Assembly: GCA_017455005.1 (NCBI GenBank)
Contig: JAFTBX010000034.1
Coordinates: 1-58,720 of the forward strand
Source: Lachnospiraceae bacterium
Lineage (GTDB): Bacteria > Bacillota > Clostridia > Lachnospirales > Lachnospiraceae
Length of the DNA: 58,720 nucleotides
Reading direction: 5' to 3'
Position numbers and translations under genes: made by a program. A model generated the notes under the pieces. It had not been told where the DNA came from. It saw nothing but the letters and a program-made list of their open reading frames with translations, and did no database searches. Below are positions 46,900 through 56,833 of this stretch, piece by piece. How positions within the stretch are numbered: the stretch's first letter is position 1; each line of letters starts with the position of its first letter.

Positions 46900-47916
46900 A
46901 TGAAAAAGGTTAAGATAGGCATCATCGGCATCGGAAATGTAGGATCGCATGTGCTTTATACGCTGGCGCTGCAGGGACTGGCCGATGAGTTTGTTCTCAT
47001 AGACATCAACGAAAAGAAGGCGGCAGCTGACCGGCAGGATACCTTCGACAGCGCCATGTTCCTGCCGCATAAGGTAAAGATCACGGTGGCGCACATCGCG
47101 GAAAATGATGCCGGAGATGGAAAGCAGGATCAGACCACAGCGTCTCAGGATACCGACGGCTTCGCGCTGCTTCGCGACTGCGACATCATTATCAACAGCG
47201 TCGGACAGATCGACTTGCTTCGGGTGGGACATGACCGCTTCACCGAGCTTAAGTTCAACATCCCGGCGGTACGCAGCTATGCAGGGCGCATCGCCGCTTC
47301 AGGCTTTAACGGCATTATCGTCAACATTTCCAATCCCTGTGACGTTATCACCCATGAGCTGATCCGCCTGATCCCGCTCCCGAAGGGCCGTATCTTCGGT
47401 ACCGGCACGGGCCTTGACACGGCGCGTCTTCGCGCGGCGCTCGCGGACAAACTGAACGTAAGCGTAGACTCCATCGTCGCCTATATGTTCGGCGAGCACG
47501 GAAGCCACCAGATCACGCCGTGGTCGATCGCAAGCTTCGACGGCATACCGCTCGACGTGATGGAGAAGCTGGATCCGCGCTTTTCCTTCGACCGTGAAAA
47601 GGCGGAGCACGCGGCGGCGGAGGGAGGCTGGGTGACTTACTACGGCAAGTTCCATACCGAGTTTGCCATCTCACTGACAGCATCCCGGATCGTAAAGGCG
47701 ATCATATACGACGAGAAGGCCGTGCTTCCCGCGAGTTGCCTGCTGGAGGGCCAATATGGAGAGCACGATGTCTGCGCGGGCGTTCCGGCAGTCATCGGCG
47801 CAGGCGGCGTGGAACTCATCCCGGAGCTTCCGATCACCGATGAGGAAAAAACACGTTTCCATGAGTGCTGTGAGGTCATTCGCGCCAACATTGCCCGGGC
47901 AGCGGAACTGAACTGA
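46900..47916 (+). CDS. LDH/MDH-superfamily L-2-hydroxyacid dehydrogenase, divergent
   Basis: Rossmann IGIIGIGNVGS...LIDI, NPCDVIT, GTGTGLDTARLR, GEHGSH (catalytic His). The substrate loop is atypical, with a ~25-aa insertion after strand 3. Confidence 0.75.
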   Translation: MKKVKIGIIGIGNVGSHVLYTLALQGLADEFVLIDINEKKAAADRQDTFDSAMFLPHKVKITVAHIAENDAGDGKQDQTTASQDTDGFALLRDCDIIINSVGQIDLLRVGHDRFTELKFNIPAVRSYAGRIAASGFNGIIVNISNPCDVITHELIRLIPLPKGRIFGTGTGLDTARLRAALADKLNVSVDSIVAYMFGEHGSHQITPWSIASFDGIPLDVMEKLDPRFSFDREKAEHAAAEGGWVTYYGKFHTEFAISLTASRIVKAIIYDEKAVLPASCLLEGQYGEHDVCAGVPAVIGAGGVELIPELPITDEEKTRFHECCEVIRANIARAAELN

Positions 47917-47961
47917 CGAAATCAGCCACAGCCATAAAGACGGCAGTTGAATAGTACATTA

Positions 47962-48006
47962 AACAGGTGTAAGACCACGATTTGCGGGGATTGCACCTGT
48001 TTTTTA
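47962..48006 (+). terminator. Rho-independent terminator after the LDH-like gene
   Basis: AACAGGTG-N24-CACCTGTT followed by TTTTTAT. Confidence 0.7.
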
Positions 48007-48091
48007 TATCCATAAGGGGAATGCGGATGCAGATCGATCGGAAACGGTCATGCCAGATCATTTCCGCGTGTCATTCTGGTTTGTTAACCTC

Positions 48092-48119
48092 TTGAAACAG
48101 AATAAAAAGATGCTATAAT
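48092..48119 (+). promoter_or_regulatory. Sigma-A promoter of the MacB-type ABC operon
   Basis: TTGAAA (48092-48097), 16-nt spacer, extended -10 TGcTATAAT (48111-48119). Confidence 0.6.
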
Positions 48120-48205
48120 GTTAGCGAAGGCTAATTAGCGGACAATAACATAGTTCAAAAATGCATACAGCCAGAAAACGATCTGGTGCATAAACCGACC
48201 GAAGG

Positions 48206-48910
48206 ATGAAGACACTGATCAGGGCAGAACAAATATCAAAAGACTATCAGCTCGGTGAAGTCACGGTACACGCCTTAAAGGACGTGTCTTTTGAGATATA
48301 CGAAAAGGAGCTGGTCGTTGTCCTGGGCCCGAGCGGTTCCGGAAAGAGCACGACGCTCAACATCCTCGGCGGGATCGAGACCGCCACAACGGGCAATGTT
48401 TACTATGACGGCGCCGCGCTTGACTGGGCGGATCCGGCTGTGCTCACCGCATACCGCCGTGACCATATCGGCTTTATCTTCCAGTTTTATAACCTGCTTC
48501 CGGGACTGACGGCACTCGAAAACATCGCGCTTTCGGCAGAGCTTTCGAAAAGTCCGCTGGATCCGGTGAAGCTCATCGAAGAGGTCGGGCTTTCCGACAG
48601 GCAGGACCATTTTCCGAACCGGCTCTCCGGCGGAGAGCAGCAGAGGATCGCGATCGCAAGAGCGCTCTGCAAGAATCCGGACCTGCTGCTATGCGATGAG
48701 CCGACCGGCGCGCTCGATTCTGCGACCGGCATCCAGGTGCTGAAGCTGATCGAACAGTTCTGCAGGGAATATGAAAAGACCGTCATACTGATCACGCATA
48801 ACCAGGACATCGCGAAGATCGCGGACAGGGTCTTTCATTTCCGGGACGGAAGGATCGAGCGGATCGAAGAAAACCCGCATCCGATGAAGCCTGAGGAACT
48901 GCACTGGTAA
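48206..48910 (+). CDS. ABC transporter ATP-binding protein (MacB/LolD/FtsE-like)
   Basis: GPSGSGKSTTLNILGG, LSGGEQQRIAIARAL, LLLCDEPTGALD. Confidence 0.9.
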   Translation: MKTLIRAEQISKDYQLGEVTVHALKDVSFEIYEKELVVVLGPSGSGKSTTLNILGGIETATTGNVYYDGAALDWADPAVLTAYRRDHIGFIFQFYNLLPGLTALENIALSAELSKSPLDPVKLIEEVGLSDRQDHFPNRLSGGEQQRIAIARALCKNPDLLLCDEPTGALDSATGIQVLKLIEQFCREYEKTVILITHNQDIAKIADRVFHFRDGRIERIEENPHPMKPEELHW

Positions 48911-49030
48911 ATATAAACGTGGCAGGAGATGGCGTTCAAAGAAAACGAAGCGCAACGGAAGCTTCAAGTAGAGAAATGTATGAAATGTGGTTTGCACAAA
49001 CTGCATATGTAAAGGGCGGAGGCACACGGT

Positions 49031-51487
49031 ATGAAGAGCTTCCGTAAAAACGTGCTGCGTCTCGCGCTGCGCAATAAAGGCGCGATCATCGGCGCCATGC
49101 TGATCATAGGCATCGGTATCTTTGTCTATGTCTCCATGATCGACACGCTCCGCAACCTCGATGACCAGGTAGAGGCCTACTATGAGGAAAGTGAGCTTGC
49201 GGATGTCTTTGCGGAGGTGGAAGGAATCTCGTCCACGGAGCTCGCGCGCCTCACGGAGATCCCGGGGATCAAGGCGGCGGGAGGACATATGGCCAGGGAT
49301 GTCAGGATCCTGGGCGACGGGCAGGAGACGATCGTGACGGTCCACCTGCTTTCCTACGATCCGGAAGACCGGATCAACCGGATCACGCTGCTGAAGGCGG
49401 AAGAGACCGGGGACAATGCTGCCTTATCCGGCAGTTCCGCGGGTGCTGCCTTCGGCGAAGGCAATGCTGCCGAGGTTATCACAAGCGGTACGGAACTGAA
49501 GCCCGGAGAAAGCCCGGCGGAAGACGATATTTTCCTCGGCGTGCGTATGGAAGGCTACTATGCCTATCCGGCGGGAACGGAACTGAAGCTCCTTTCCGGC
49601 GGACAGGCACTGAAGTTTACGTATCGCGGCATCTGCCGCTCACCCGATTATATTTATTCGATCCCGCACGGAGGCGCCATGGCGCCGGACGGCGAGGTCT
49701 ATGACATCGCGGCCATCAGCAAGGCACGCATGGAGCGGCTGCTCGGTGTCAGCGACAGCCTCAATGAACTCGGCTTTATACTGGCGGACGGTTACAGCTA
49801 TGAAGATGTCCGGCATCAGCTGACAGACAGGCTTGCACCGTACGGACTTAAGTCGATCTGCGAGCGGAAAGACCAGGCGAGCGTTGACATGGTCAACGGC
49901 GAGATGGTCGAGCTGATCTCGACGGGAACGATCCTGCCGGTGATCTTTATGGCGATCTCCGTTTTCATGCTCTATGTTGTGCTGAAGAAGATGATCGACC
50001 GGGACCGGACACTTATCGGTACTATGAAGGCCTTTGGTATGACGAACCGGGAACTGATCGGGGCGTATCTGATCGAAGGCGCGGTGATCGGTCTCGGGGG
50101 CGCGCTTATCGGCTGTGTCGCGGCAGGACCCTTCGGAAGGTCCATGTTCCGGCTCTATATCGACTTCTTTACGTTGCCGGATCCTGTTTATCATGACTTT
50201 ATGAAGAGCAGAGTCGCCGGCATAGGGATCTCCCTTGTCACTGCGGTATTTGCCGTACTGGTCGGCGTCCGTGAGATCCTCGGGATCACCCCGGCGATGG
50301 CAATGCGCCAGCCGGAGCCGAAGACAGGAAGGAGCATCCGCCTTCCGGCTGTACTGGAACGGCACCTCAGGGTGCAGACCCGCATCGGGATCCGCTCCAT
50401 GGGACGCAATCTCTTCCGCGGGTTCCTGATCGTGCTCGCGGTTATGTTCGCTTTTTCCCTTTCCTCGGCGCTCTTCAGCTTTAAGCCGCTGTATGATGAG
50501 CTTTTAAAAGGGCAGTTTGAGGATATCCAGGTCTACGACATCCAGCTGACGCTCGACCGTTTCGTGACGCCGCAGCAGGCCAATGATGCCGGCGCTCAGC
50601 TTTCCGGCGCGGAAGAAACAGAAGCCATCTGCCAGACCGCGGTCGCGCTGAAAAACGGGAATCTTACGACCTATACATTGCTCTACGGACTGCACCCGGA
50701 CTCCCGGCTTTACCGGATCCGGGATAACGACGGCGTCTTTTATAAACCGCCCGCAGACGGCATTATCTTAAACCGCAGGACGGCGGAGGATCTGCATGTG
50801 CGGGAGGGAGACTATGTGGAACTCATGGGCACGGGGCTTACGGCGGATTTTGTCCGGGTCAGGGTGACGGATGTCATCTCAGAGCTCATCGGTGAAAACT
50901 GCTATGTCAGCCTGGACAGCTTTCCAAGGATCTTTCAGACACAGCCGATGGCAAACACCGTGCTGCTTCGTACATCACCGGATCAGATGGATCTGCTTCG
51001 AAGGCGCCTGACAGATACGAGCCGGGTCTCCTGGATCGTGGATACAGCCAAGATCGTCGCAGCTTATCGCAGCATGTTCGGCTCCATGCTCTACATGGTC
51101 GATATGTTCGCGCTTTTAAGCGTCGTGGCAGGCGCGATCCTCATCTATAACATCAGCATGATCAGCCTGAAGGAACGGTTTACGGAGATCGGTACCCTTG
51201 AGGTGCTGGGCATGACGCACCGGGAACTCGGGAGCATGCTGCTGACGGAAAAACTCGTGTACTTTGTGCTCGGCGCGTTGCTGGGATTTCCGGGAAGCTA
51301 CGGGATCAATAAGCTTTTGGAGGTACTGATCATTTCGGACAGCTTTGATCTGAAGCTCCATGTGACGCCGCAGATCTATGTGGTGACCTCGCTGATCTGC
51401 TTTGCAATGGTCATGAGCGCCTGGTACGCAGAACAGCGCCTCATCCGGAAAATCGAACTCACGGAAACGCTGAAAGCGAGAGAATAG
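49031..51487 (+). CDS. FtsX-family ABC permease with duplicated FtsX modules (MacB-type)
   Basis: 818 aa with two FtsX-like 4-TM blocks (around TMKAFGMTNRELIGAYLIEG and TLEVLGMTHRELGSMLLTEK), each preceded by a large extracytoplasmic region. Confidence 0.85.
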   Translation: MKSFRKNVLRLALRNKGAIIGAMLIIGIGIFVYVSMIDTLRNLDDQVEAYYEESELADVFAEVEGISSTELARLTEIPGIKAAGGHMARDVRILGDGQETIVTVHLLSYDPEDRINRITLLKAEETGDNAALSGSSAGAAFGEGNAAEVITSGTELKPGESPAEDDIFLGVRMEGYYAYPAGTELKLLSGGQALKFTYRGICRSPDYIYSIPHGGAMAPDGEVYDIAAISKARMERLLGVSDSLNELGFILADGYSYEDVRHQLTDRLAPYGLKSICERKDQASVDMVNGEMVELISTGTILPVIFMAISVFMLYVVLKKMIDRDRTLIGTMKAFGMTNRELIGAYLIEGAVIGLGGALIGCVAAGPFGRSMFRLYIDFFTLPDPVYHDFMKSRVAGIGISLVTAVFAVLVGVREILGITPAMAMRQPEPKTGRSIRLPAVLERHLRVQTRIGIRSMGRNLFRGFLIVLAVMFAFSLSSALFSFKPLYDELLKGQFEDIQVYDIQLTLDRFVTPQQANDAGAQLSGAEETEAICQTAVALKNGNLTTYTLLYGLHPDSRLYRIRDNDGVFYKPPADGIILNRRTAEDLHVREGDYVELMGTGLTADFVRVRVTDVISELIGENCYVSLDSFPRIFQTQPMANTVLLRTSPDQMDLLRRRLTDTSRVSWIVDTAKIVAAYRSMFGSMLYMVDMFALLSVVAGAILIYNISMISLKERFTEIGTLEVLGMTHRELGSMLLTEKLVYFVLGALLGFPGSYGINKLLEVLIISDSFDLKLHVTPQIYVVTSLICFAMVMSAWYAEQRLIRKIELTETLKARE

Positions 51488-51504
51488 TATTGGAGGAAAA
51501 GCTG

Positions 51505-52899
51505 ATGGCGAAGGTCACAGTTTCAAAAAAGAAGATCATAGCGGCAGCGGCAGGCGCGATCCTGATCGCCGCAGCCGGCATTGGCACCTATAAGCTTACA
51601 GCAGGGAGCGCCGTAAAGGTGCAAAAGGCCGCTGTTACCCGGCTGGCGGTGCGGGATACCTATACGCAGGAAGGAAAGCTCAGCGCCGGCGGGCGCTACC
51701 AGGTGCTTTCGGAGGTGTCCGGCGCGGTCGCGGAGATCTGCGTAAAGGAGAACGACGCCGTCCATGCGGGGGATCTGCTCTACAGGATTGATGACAGCAA
51801 CTACCGCTACTCTAAGGAGCAGGCGGAAAATGCTGTCGCAGGCCTGGAGGCGCAGCTGGAAGCAAGCAGGATCGGGCAGATGATGACGTCGAGTCCGACG
51901 GAGTACCTGCAGTCACTTCAGAAGGAAACGGAGGCGGCGCGGGCAGCATTTCAGACAGCACAGACCAGCTACAACGCGGCGCAGGCGCTCTATGCCGCGG
52001 GCGATATCAGCCTGGTGGAGTATGAGCAGCTTGCAGCGCAGTACCGCAGCGCGCAGGCAGCCTACGATCAGGCCCGTCAGAGAAGCGAGCAGAGCGCCTC
52101 GTATCTTCAGAAGCTTGAGGCAGAAGGTATCGATCAGGAAACGATCAACGAACAGTTCTACGGGAGTGAAACGAGGCAGCTCGAGGCGCAGATCAACGGG
52201 CAGAAAGCAGGGATCAGCCAGCTGGCGGATATGATACGCAAGTGTGAAGTGCGCGCGGACCGGGACGGCCGTGTGGTGAGTCTTCCGGTGAAGGATCTGT
52301 CCATGGTGCAGCCCGGACAGCTGTGTCTTGAGATGAGCGGCATGGAAGAAGCAGCGGCGGAAGCGGATGTGCTGACATCGATCGCACCGTACCTCGCTGT
52401 CGGAGACCCGGTCGAGGTGAAGCTTACGCTCCGGGGAAGAGATGAGATTTGGAAAGGCTCGATCAGCGAGGTCTATGACTATGCCGAAAAAGGAATCTCC
52501 GCGCTGGGACTGGACGAATACCGCGTGCATGTGAAGGCGCGGATAGAAAACAGCGGCAGCTTGGAAAACAGCACGGGGCCTGATGCTGATGCTGCAGCCA
52601 CGCCGGGTTCATCAAGTCCGCTATGGTCACGCGACGGCTACGGCGTGGACATGACCTTCACCTTATTTGATGAGGCTGATGCGCTCACGGTTCCGTCCGG
52701 GGCAGTTTTTACCGCGGAAGGCGTAGACTATGTCTATGCAGTGGAAAGCGGCCGCGCGGTGCGGAAAAAGATTACAGTGGAGTATAAGTCCGCGTCGCTT
52801 GTCGTGCTGGATGAATCCGCAAGCGAGGTTCATGAAGGAGATACGGTGATTGACCAGGTGGATACAAAAGGCATCTACGAGGGCGTCAGTTTGCGCTGA
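51505..52899 (+). CDS. HlyD-family periplasmic adaptor / membrane-fusion protein
   Basis: N-terminal TM, lipoyl-like (GDLLYRIDD), a long coiled-coil (AQ-rich) region and a beta-barrel C-terminus. ATG 51505 lies 8 nt after GGAGG. Confidence 0.8.
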   Translation: MAKVTVSKKKIIAAAAGAILIAAAGIGTYKLTAGSAVKVQKAAVTRLAVRDTYTQEGKLSAGGRYQVLSEVSGAVAEICVKENDAVHAGDLLYRIDDSNYRYSKEQAENAVAGLEAQLEASRIGQMMTSSPTEYLQSLQKETEAARAAFQTAQTSYNAAQALYAAGDISLVEYEQLAAQYRSAQAAYDQARQRSEQSASYLQKLEAEGIDQETINEQFYGSETRQLEAQINGQKAGISQLADMIRKCEVRADRDGRVVSLPVKDLSMVQPGQLCLEMSGMEEAAAEADVLTSIAPYLAVGDPVEVKLTLRGRDEIWKGSISEVYDYAEKGISALGLDEYRVHVKARIENSGSLENSTGPDADAAATPGSSSPLWSRDGYGVDMTFTLFDEADALTVPSGAVFTAEGVDYVYAVESGRAVRKKITVEYKSASLVVLDESASEVHEGDTVIDQVDTKGIYEGVSLR

Positions 52900-53062
52900 A
52901 CTGTGAAACTATTGTGAAAAGCTTGTATTTTTCGGACGGTTTGATATATATTGGAAACGGAATCGGGACAGCATAAATCCGTCACGATTCGCATGACTAT
53001 GATTATGTATCAACAATATATCTGATGCGGTCCGTTTATGGCTCGCAGAAAGGAGATAAAGA

Positions 53063-53743
53063 ATGATCTGTCCGAATTGCGGAAAGGAAATACTGGACTC
53101 GGCGGCGTTTTGCACGAACTGCGGCGCAAACATCGCAAAAATGATGGCAGCAGCCGGAGCGGGTGCAGACGCATCGGCACAGGGTACTTCGAAGCCCACG
53201 CCCGACAGCTATGATCCCCATATGTACGATGATGTCATGCCGCATGGTCAGCATTTGCAGGGACATGAGTCGGATGTACACCTCGAGCAGGGGCGTCCGG
53301 GAGAGCAGGGTCCGCAGGACCGTCCGACTATGGAGCGCCCGGAAGGAGAGCAGGGATCCGCACAGGAGCAGGGCTATCAGCAGCAGAACGGCCCGCAGCA
53401 GAACGGTCCGCAGGCAGGAAGCAGCACAGGAGACAACAAGCCGTTCCTCTCTGTGCGTGCCGCGTCCCTTCTTTGCTACTGGTTCAGCCTGATCGGCTGG
53501 GCAGTGAGCTACTTCTTAAGCGACAGGAATGATCCGTACCTCCGGTTCCACTTAAACCAGGCCCTGGTGCTGGCACTGGCGGCACTCCTGTTTGATTTTC
53601 TGGGTGGTATTGATCATATGGCCACCGTTGCTTTCGTACTGGGGACCGCCCGCTTTGTGCTCTGGGTGATCGCTTTTGTACGGTCCTGCAAGGGAAGCAC
53701 GGATCCGGTTCCGCTGCTTGGCGGCATTCACATCATCAACTAA
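53063..53743 (+). CDS. Zinc-ribbon membrane protein (N-terminal CxxC-x12-CxxC, Q/G/P-rich linker, DUF4870-like TM domain)
   Basis: MICPNCGKEILDSAAFCTNCG; C-terminal hydrophobic segments with a RFHLNQAL motif. AAGGAG SD. Confidence 0.7.
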   Translation: MICPNCGKEILDSAAFCTNCGANIAKMMAAAGAGADASAQGTSKPTPDSYDPHMYDDVMPHGQHLQGHESDVHLEQGRPGEQGPQDRPTMERPEGEQGSAQEQGYQQQNGPQQNGPQAGSSTGDNKPFLSVRAASLLCYWFSLIGWAVSYFLSDRNDPYLRFHLNQALVLALAALLFDFLGGIDHMATVAFVLGTARFVLWVIAFVRSCKGSTDPVPLLGGIHIIN

Positions 53744-53796
53744 TATGAAGAGCTGCTAAAACTCATAAAACTTTTATTATTTCATAACAGAACCAC

Positions 53797-53825
53797 TTGC
53801 AAATGCAGTTGAAATCTGTTATGGT
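53797..53825 (+). promoter_or_regulatory. Promoter of the S-box/metK unit
   Basis: TTGCAA (53797-53802), 17-nt spacer, extended -10 TGtTATGGT (53817-53825). Confidence 0.55.
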
Positions 53826-53842
53826 ATGCATCGTAAATTAAT

Positions 53843-53976
53843 ACCTATGAAGAGTGCGTGAGAGACAAGCTCGAAGACCGCACAGCAACCTACCCGGTTG
53901 GGCAAGGTGCTAAAGCTTGACCGATGGGTGAGATAATAGCGACATCAGGCCCTGACGGTAAGTCGGGGCTTTTTTA
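53843..53976 (+). promoter_or_regulatory. SAM-I (S-box) riboswitch with terminator expression platform
   Basis: Conserved cores are present: GAAGAG, GCGTGAGAGA (kink-turn region), CAGCAACC, AAGGTGCTAAA, GAGATAATAG. Followed by a GCCCTGAC-ggtaa-GTCGGGGC hairpin + T6 (53949-53975), immediately upstream of metK. Confidence 0.85.
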
Positions 53977-54048
53977 TGGAAAATGCCTCCGGCTGATTCC
54001 TGACAGTTTATCTCAACCAAATTCACAGCCAGAGGAGGAAAGGAAAAA

Positions 54049-55230
54049 ATGGCAAGAAGATTATTTACATCCGAGTCGGTGACGGAAGGACATCCTGACA
54101 AACTCTGCGACCAGATCTCTGATGCGGTCCTTGACGCAATCATCGCGAAGGACCCGAACGCGCATGTTGCGTGTGAGACATTCTGCACGACCGGTCTTCT
54201 TACCGTTATGGGCGAGATCACGACAAACTGCTATGTGGACATCCAGAAGATCGCCCGTCAGGTTATCTGCGACATCGGCTATGACAGAGCCGAGATGGGC
54301 TTTAACGGAAACACCTGCGGCATCCTGACTGCCATCGACGAGCAGTCCGGCGACATCGCCATGGGCGTCAACAAGTCCTACGAGTACAAGGACGGCGAAG
54401 AGGACGAGGCGAACCTTCGCGGTGCCGGCGACCAGGGCATCATGTTCGGCTATGCCTGCAACGAGACTCCTGAGTATATGCCGCTTGCGACCAGCCTTGC
54501 GCATAAGCTCGCGATGAAGCTTGCGGCTGTACGCAAAGAGGGCAGGTACGAGTATCTTTGCCCGGACGGAAAGAGCCAGGTGACTGTAGAATATGAAGGC
54601 GACAAACCGGTCCGCGTGGATACGGTCGTTCTTTCCACGCAGCATAAGGATACTGTATCACTGGAGCAGCTTCGTGAGGACATGATCCAGGGCGTTATCC
54701 TTGAGGTGATTCCGGATGAGCTGATCGACGACAAGACCCGCTTCTTCATCAATCCGACCGGACGTTTCGTCATCGGCGGACCGCAGGGCGATACCGGCCT
54801 TACCGGACGTAAGATCATCGTTGACACCTACGGCGGCGCGGCACGTCACGGCGGCGGTGCATTCTCCGGAAAAGACCCGACAAAGGTGGACCGTTCCGCA
54901 GCATACGCGCTTCGTCATATTGCTAAAAATGTTGTCGCAGCCGGCCTCGCTGACCGCTGCGAGATCCAGGCAGGCTACGCCATCGGCGTCGCAAAGCCTG
55001 TATCTGTCATGGTCGAAACCTTCGGCACCGGCAAGTACACGAACGAAGAGATCGAAGAGGCGATCAACAAGGTCTTTGACCTTCGCCCGTACTGCATCAT
55101 CCGCGACCTTGATCTCTTAAAGCCGATCTACCGCCGTACTGCGGCTTACGGCCACTTCGGAAGAGAAGAGGAAGGTTTCACCTGGGAGAAGCTTGATAAG
55201 GTCGAAGAGCTGAAGGCAGCGATCGGCTGA
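54049..55230 (+). CDS. metK: S-adenosylmethionine synthase
   Basis: [56 protein letters not shown]. Confidence 0.97.
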   Translation: MARRLFTSESVTEGHPDKLCDQISDAVLDAIIAKDPNAHVACETFCTTGLLTVMGEITTNCYVDIQKIARQVICDIGYDRAEMGFNGNTCGILTAIDEQSGDIAMGVNKSYEYKDGEEDEANLRGAGDQGIMFGYACNETPEYMPLATSLAHKLAMKLAAVRKEGRYEYLCPDGKSQVTVEYEGDKPVRVDTVVLSTQHKDTVSLEQLREDMIQGVILEVIPDELIDDKTRFFINPTGRFVIGGPQGDTGLTGRKIIVDTYGGAARHGGGAFSGKDPTKVDRSAAYALRHIAKNVVAAGLADRCEIQAGYAIGVAKPVSVMVETFGTGKYTNEEIEEAINKVFDLRPYCIIRDLDLLKPIYRRTAAYGHFGREEEGFTWEKLDKVEELKAAIG

Positions 55231-55253
55231 AACTGAACAAACATCATACGAGG

Positions 55254-55283
55254 CAGCCTGAACATAGTTTCAGGCTGTTTTTT
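55254..55283 (+). terminator. Rho-independent terminator of metK
   Basis: CAGCCTGAA-catagt-TTCAGGCTG followed by TTTTTT. Confidence 0.85.
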
Positions 55284-55404
55284 GTACTAATTTTTGTATT
55301 CGATTGACTTTGCTATTCAATTCAACTATGCTAATGATGTTTTTCTTTAAGATTTACCAGTAACGTAACAATTCACTATCTACGAAAAACGGAGGAAACT
55401 ACCA

Positions 55405-56742
55405 ATGAGAAAAGCATTATCCGTAGTTCTGGCGGCATCCATGGTGCTTGGCCTGGCTGCATGCGGCGGCAGCTCCACAGCTACCACCACCGCAGCTCCG
55501 GCAGCAACCGAGGCAGCAGCAGAGACTGAGGCAGCGGCTGAGACCGCAGCGGCAGCAGAGGAGACCGAGGCAGAGGCTGAGGAGACTGAGACAGCAGCTG
55601 AGACCGCAGAGGCTAAGACCGTCAAGGCAGGCCTTGTACTGATCGGCGATGAGAACGACCAGGGCTACACCTACAACTTCATGCGCGGCAAGGAAGCTGC
55701 AACCGAAGTTCTGGCAGCAGAAGGCATCAATGTTGACTGGGTCATCAAGTACAACCTGATCGAGGGCGACCCGGTTGAGGAAGCAAACCTTGAGCTGGCT
55801 GATGAAGGCTGCGAGATCATCTTCAATAATTCCTACGGCCATGAGCCGGCTATGCTGAAGGTCGCACCGGATTATCCGGAGATCCAGTTCGTCGGTCATA
55901 CCAACGAGGGCAGCTGGAAGGATGATCTTCCCAACACCCACAACGCATTCAACAACATTTACGAAGGCCGTTATGTTGCAGGCGTCGTCGCTGGCATGAA
56001 GATGCAGGAGATGATCGATAAGGGAGAGATCACCGAGGATCAGGCTGTCATCGGTTACGTCGGCGCTTACTCCTTCGCAGAGGTTATCTCAGGCTTCACC
56101 GCTTACTACCTTGGCGCAAAGAGCGTTTGCCCGAGCACGACCATGAAGGTTCAGTTCGTCGGTTCCTGGTCTGATGCTACCCTGGAGGCCAATGCCGCAC
56201 AGGCACTTGCTGACGCAGGCTGCATCATGATCTCCCAGCATTCCGACAACACCACCCCGGCTACCACTGCACAGTCCAGCGGCGTATTCCACACCGGCTA
56301 CAACAACGACATGAGCGGCGTAGCTCCGCAGGCTTCCATCATCAGCACCCGTATCGACTGGACCAAGTACTTCGTGCATGCCATCGAGTGTGTTGTCAAC
56401 GGCGAGGAGCTTGAGCAGGACTACACCAACCATGGTATGGCTACCGACGAGGTCGTTATGACCGAGCTCAACGAGGCGATCGCAGCTGAGGGTACCAAGG
56501 AAGTCATGGAAGAGACCATCGAGAAGATCAAGTCCGGCGAGATCCAGGTATTCGATACCGACACCTTCACCGTGAACGGCGAGAAGGTCGAGCAGGCATT
56601 CGCGATCGATACCGACGGCGACTTCGCTCCGGACAGCGAGGAAGCGATCTTCGACGGCGCGTTCCACGAGTCCTACTATCAGTCCGCACCGTACTTCGCA
56701 CTGCAGATCGACGGCATCGAGTGGCTGAACAGCGCATTCTAA
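55405..56742 (+). CDS. BMP-family (PnrA/Med-like) ABC substrate-binding lipoprotein, no adjacent transporter genes
   Basis: Lipobox LAAC and an A/E/T linker, then a BMP core (GDENDQGYTYN, GYVGAYSFAEVISG, VGSWSDA). ACGGAGG SD. Confidence 0.8.
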   Translation: MRKALSVVLAASMVLGLAACGGSSTATTTAAPAATEAAAETEAAAETAAAAEETEAEAEETETAAETAEAKTVKAGLVLIGDENDQGYTYNFMRGKEAATEVLAAEGINVDWVIKYNLIEGDPVEEANLELADEGCEIIFNNSYGHEPAMLKVAPDYPEIQFVGHTNEGSWKDDLPNTHNAFNNIYEGRYVAGVVAGMKMQEMIDKGEITEDQAVIGYVGAYSFAEVISGFTAYYLGAKSVCPSTTMKVQFVGSWSDATLEANAAQALADAGCIMISQHSDNTTPATTAQSSGVFHTGYNNDMSGVAPQASIISTRIDWTKYFVHAIECVVNGEELEQDYTNHGMATDEVVMTELNEAIAAEGTKEVMEETIEKIKSGEIQVFDTDTFTVNGEKVEQAFAIDTDGDFAPDSEEAIFDGAFHESYYQSAPYFALQIDGIEWLNSAF

Positions 56743-56788
56743 TCAAATAAGCTTACAGACATCATAACTGAATCAGGTACAAAAATGC

Positions 56789-56833
56789 ACTCCCGGGCGG
56801 AGGCGGGATCACTCGTCACGTCCGGGAGTTTTG
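56789..56833 (+). terminator. Probable terminator after the BMP lipoprotein gene
   Basis: ACTCCCGG-N25-CCGGGAGT followed by TTTTG. Confidence 0.6.

Noticed and set aside
48929-49012. 27-codon ORF (MAFKENEAQRKLQVEKCMKCGLHKLHM) between the ABC ATPase and the FtsX permease
   Set aside because: AGGAG abuts the ATG with essentially no spacer, and there is a single CxxC only. Probably not translated, though it cannot be excluded without Ribo-seq.
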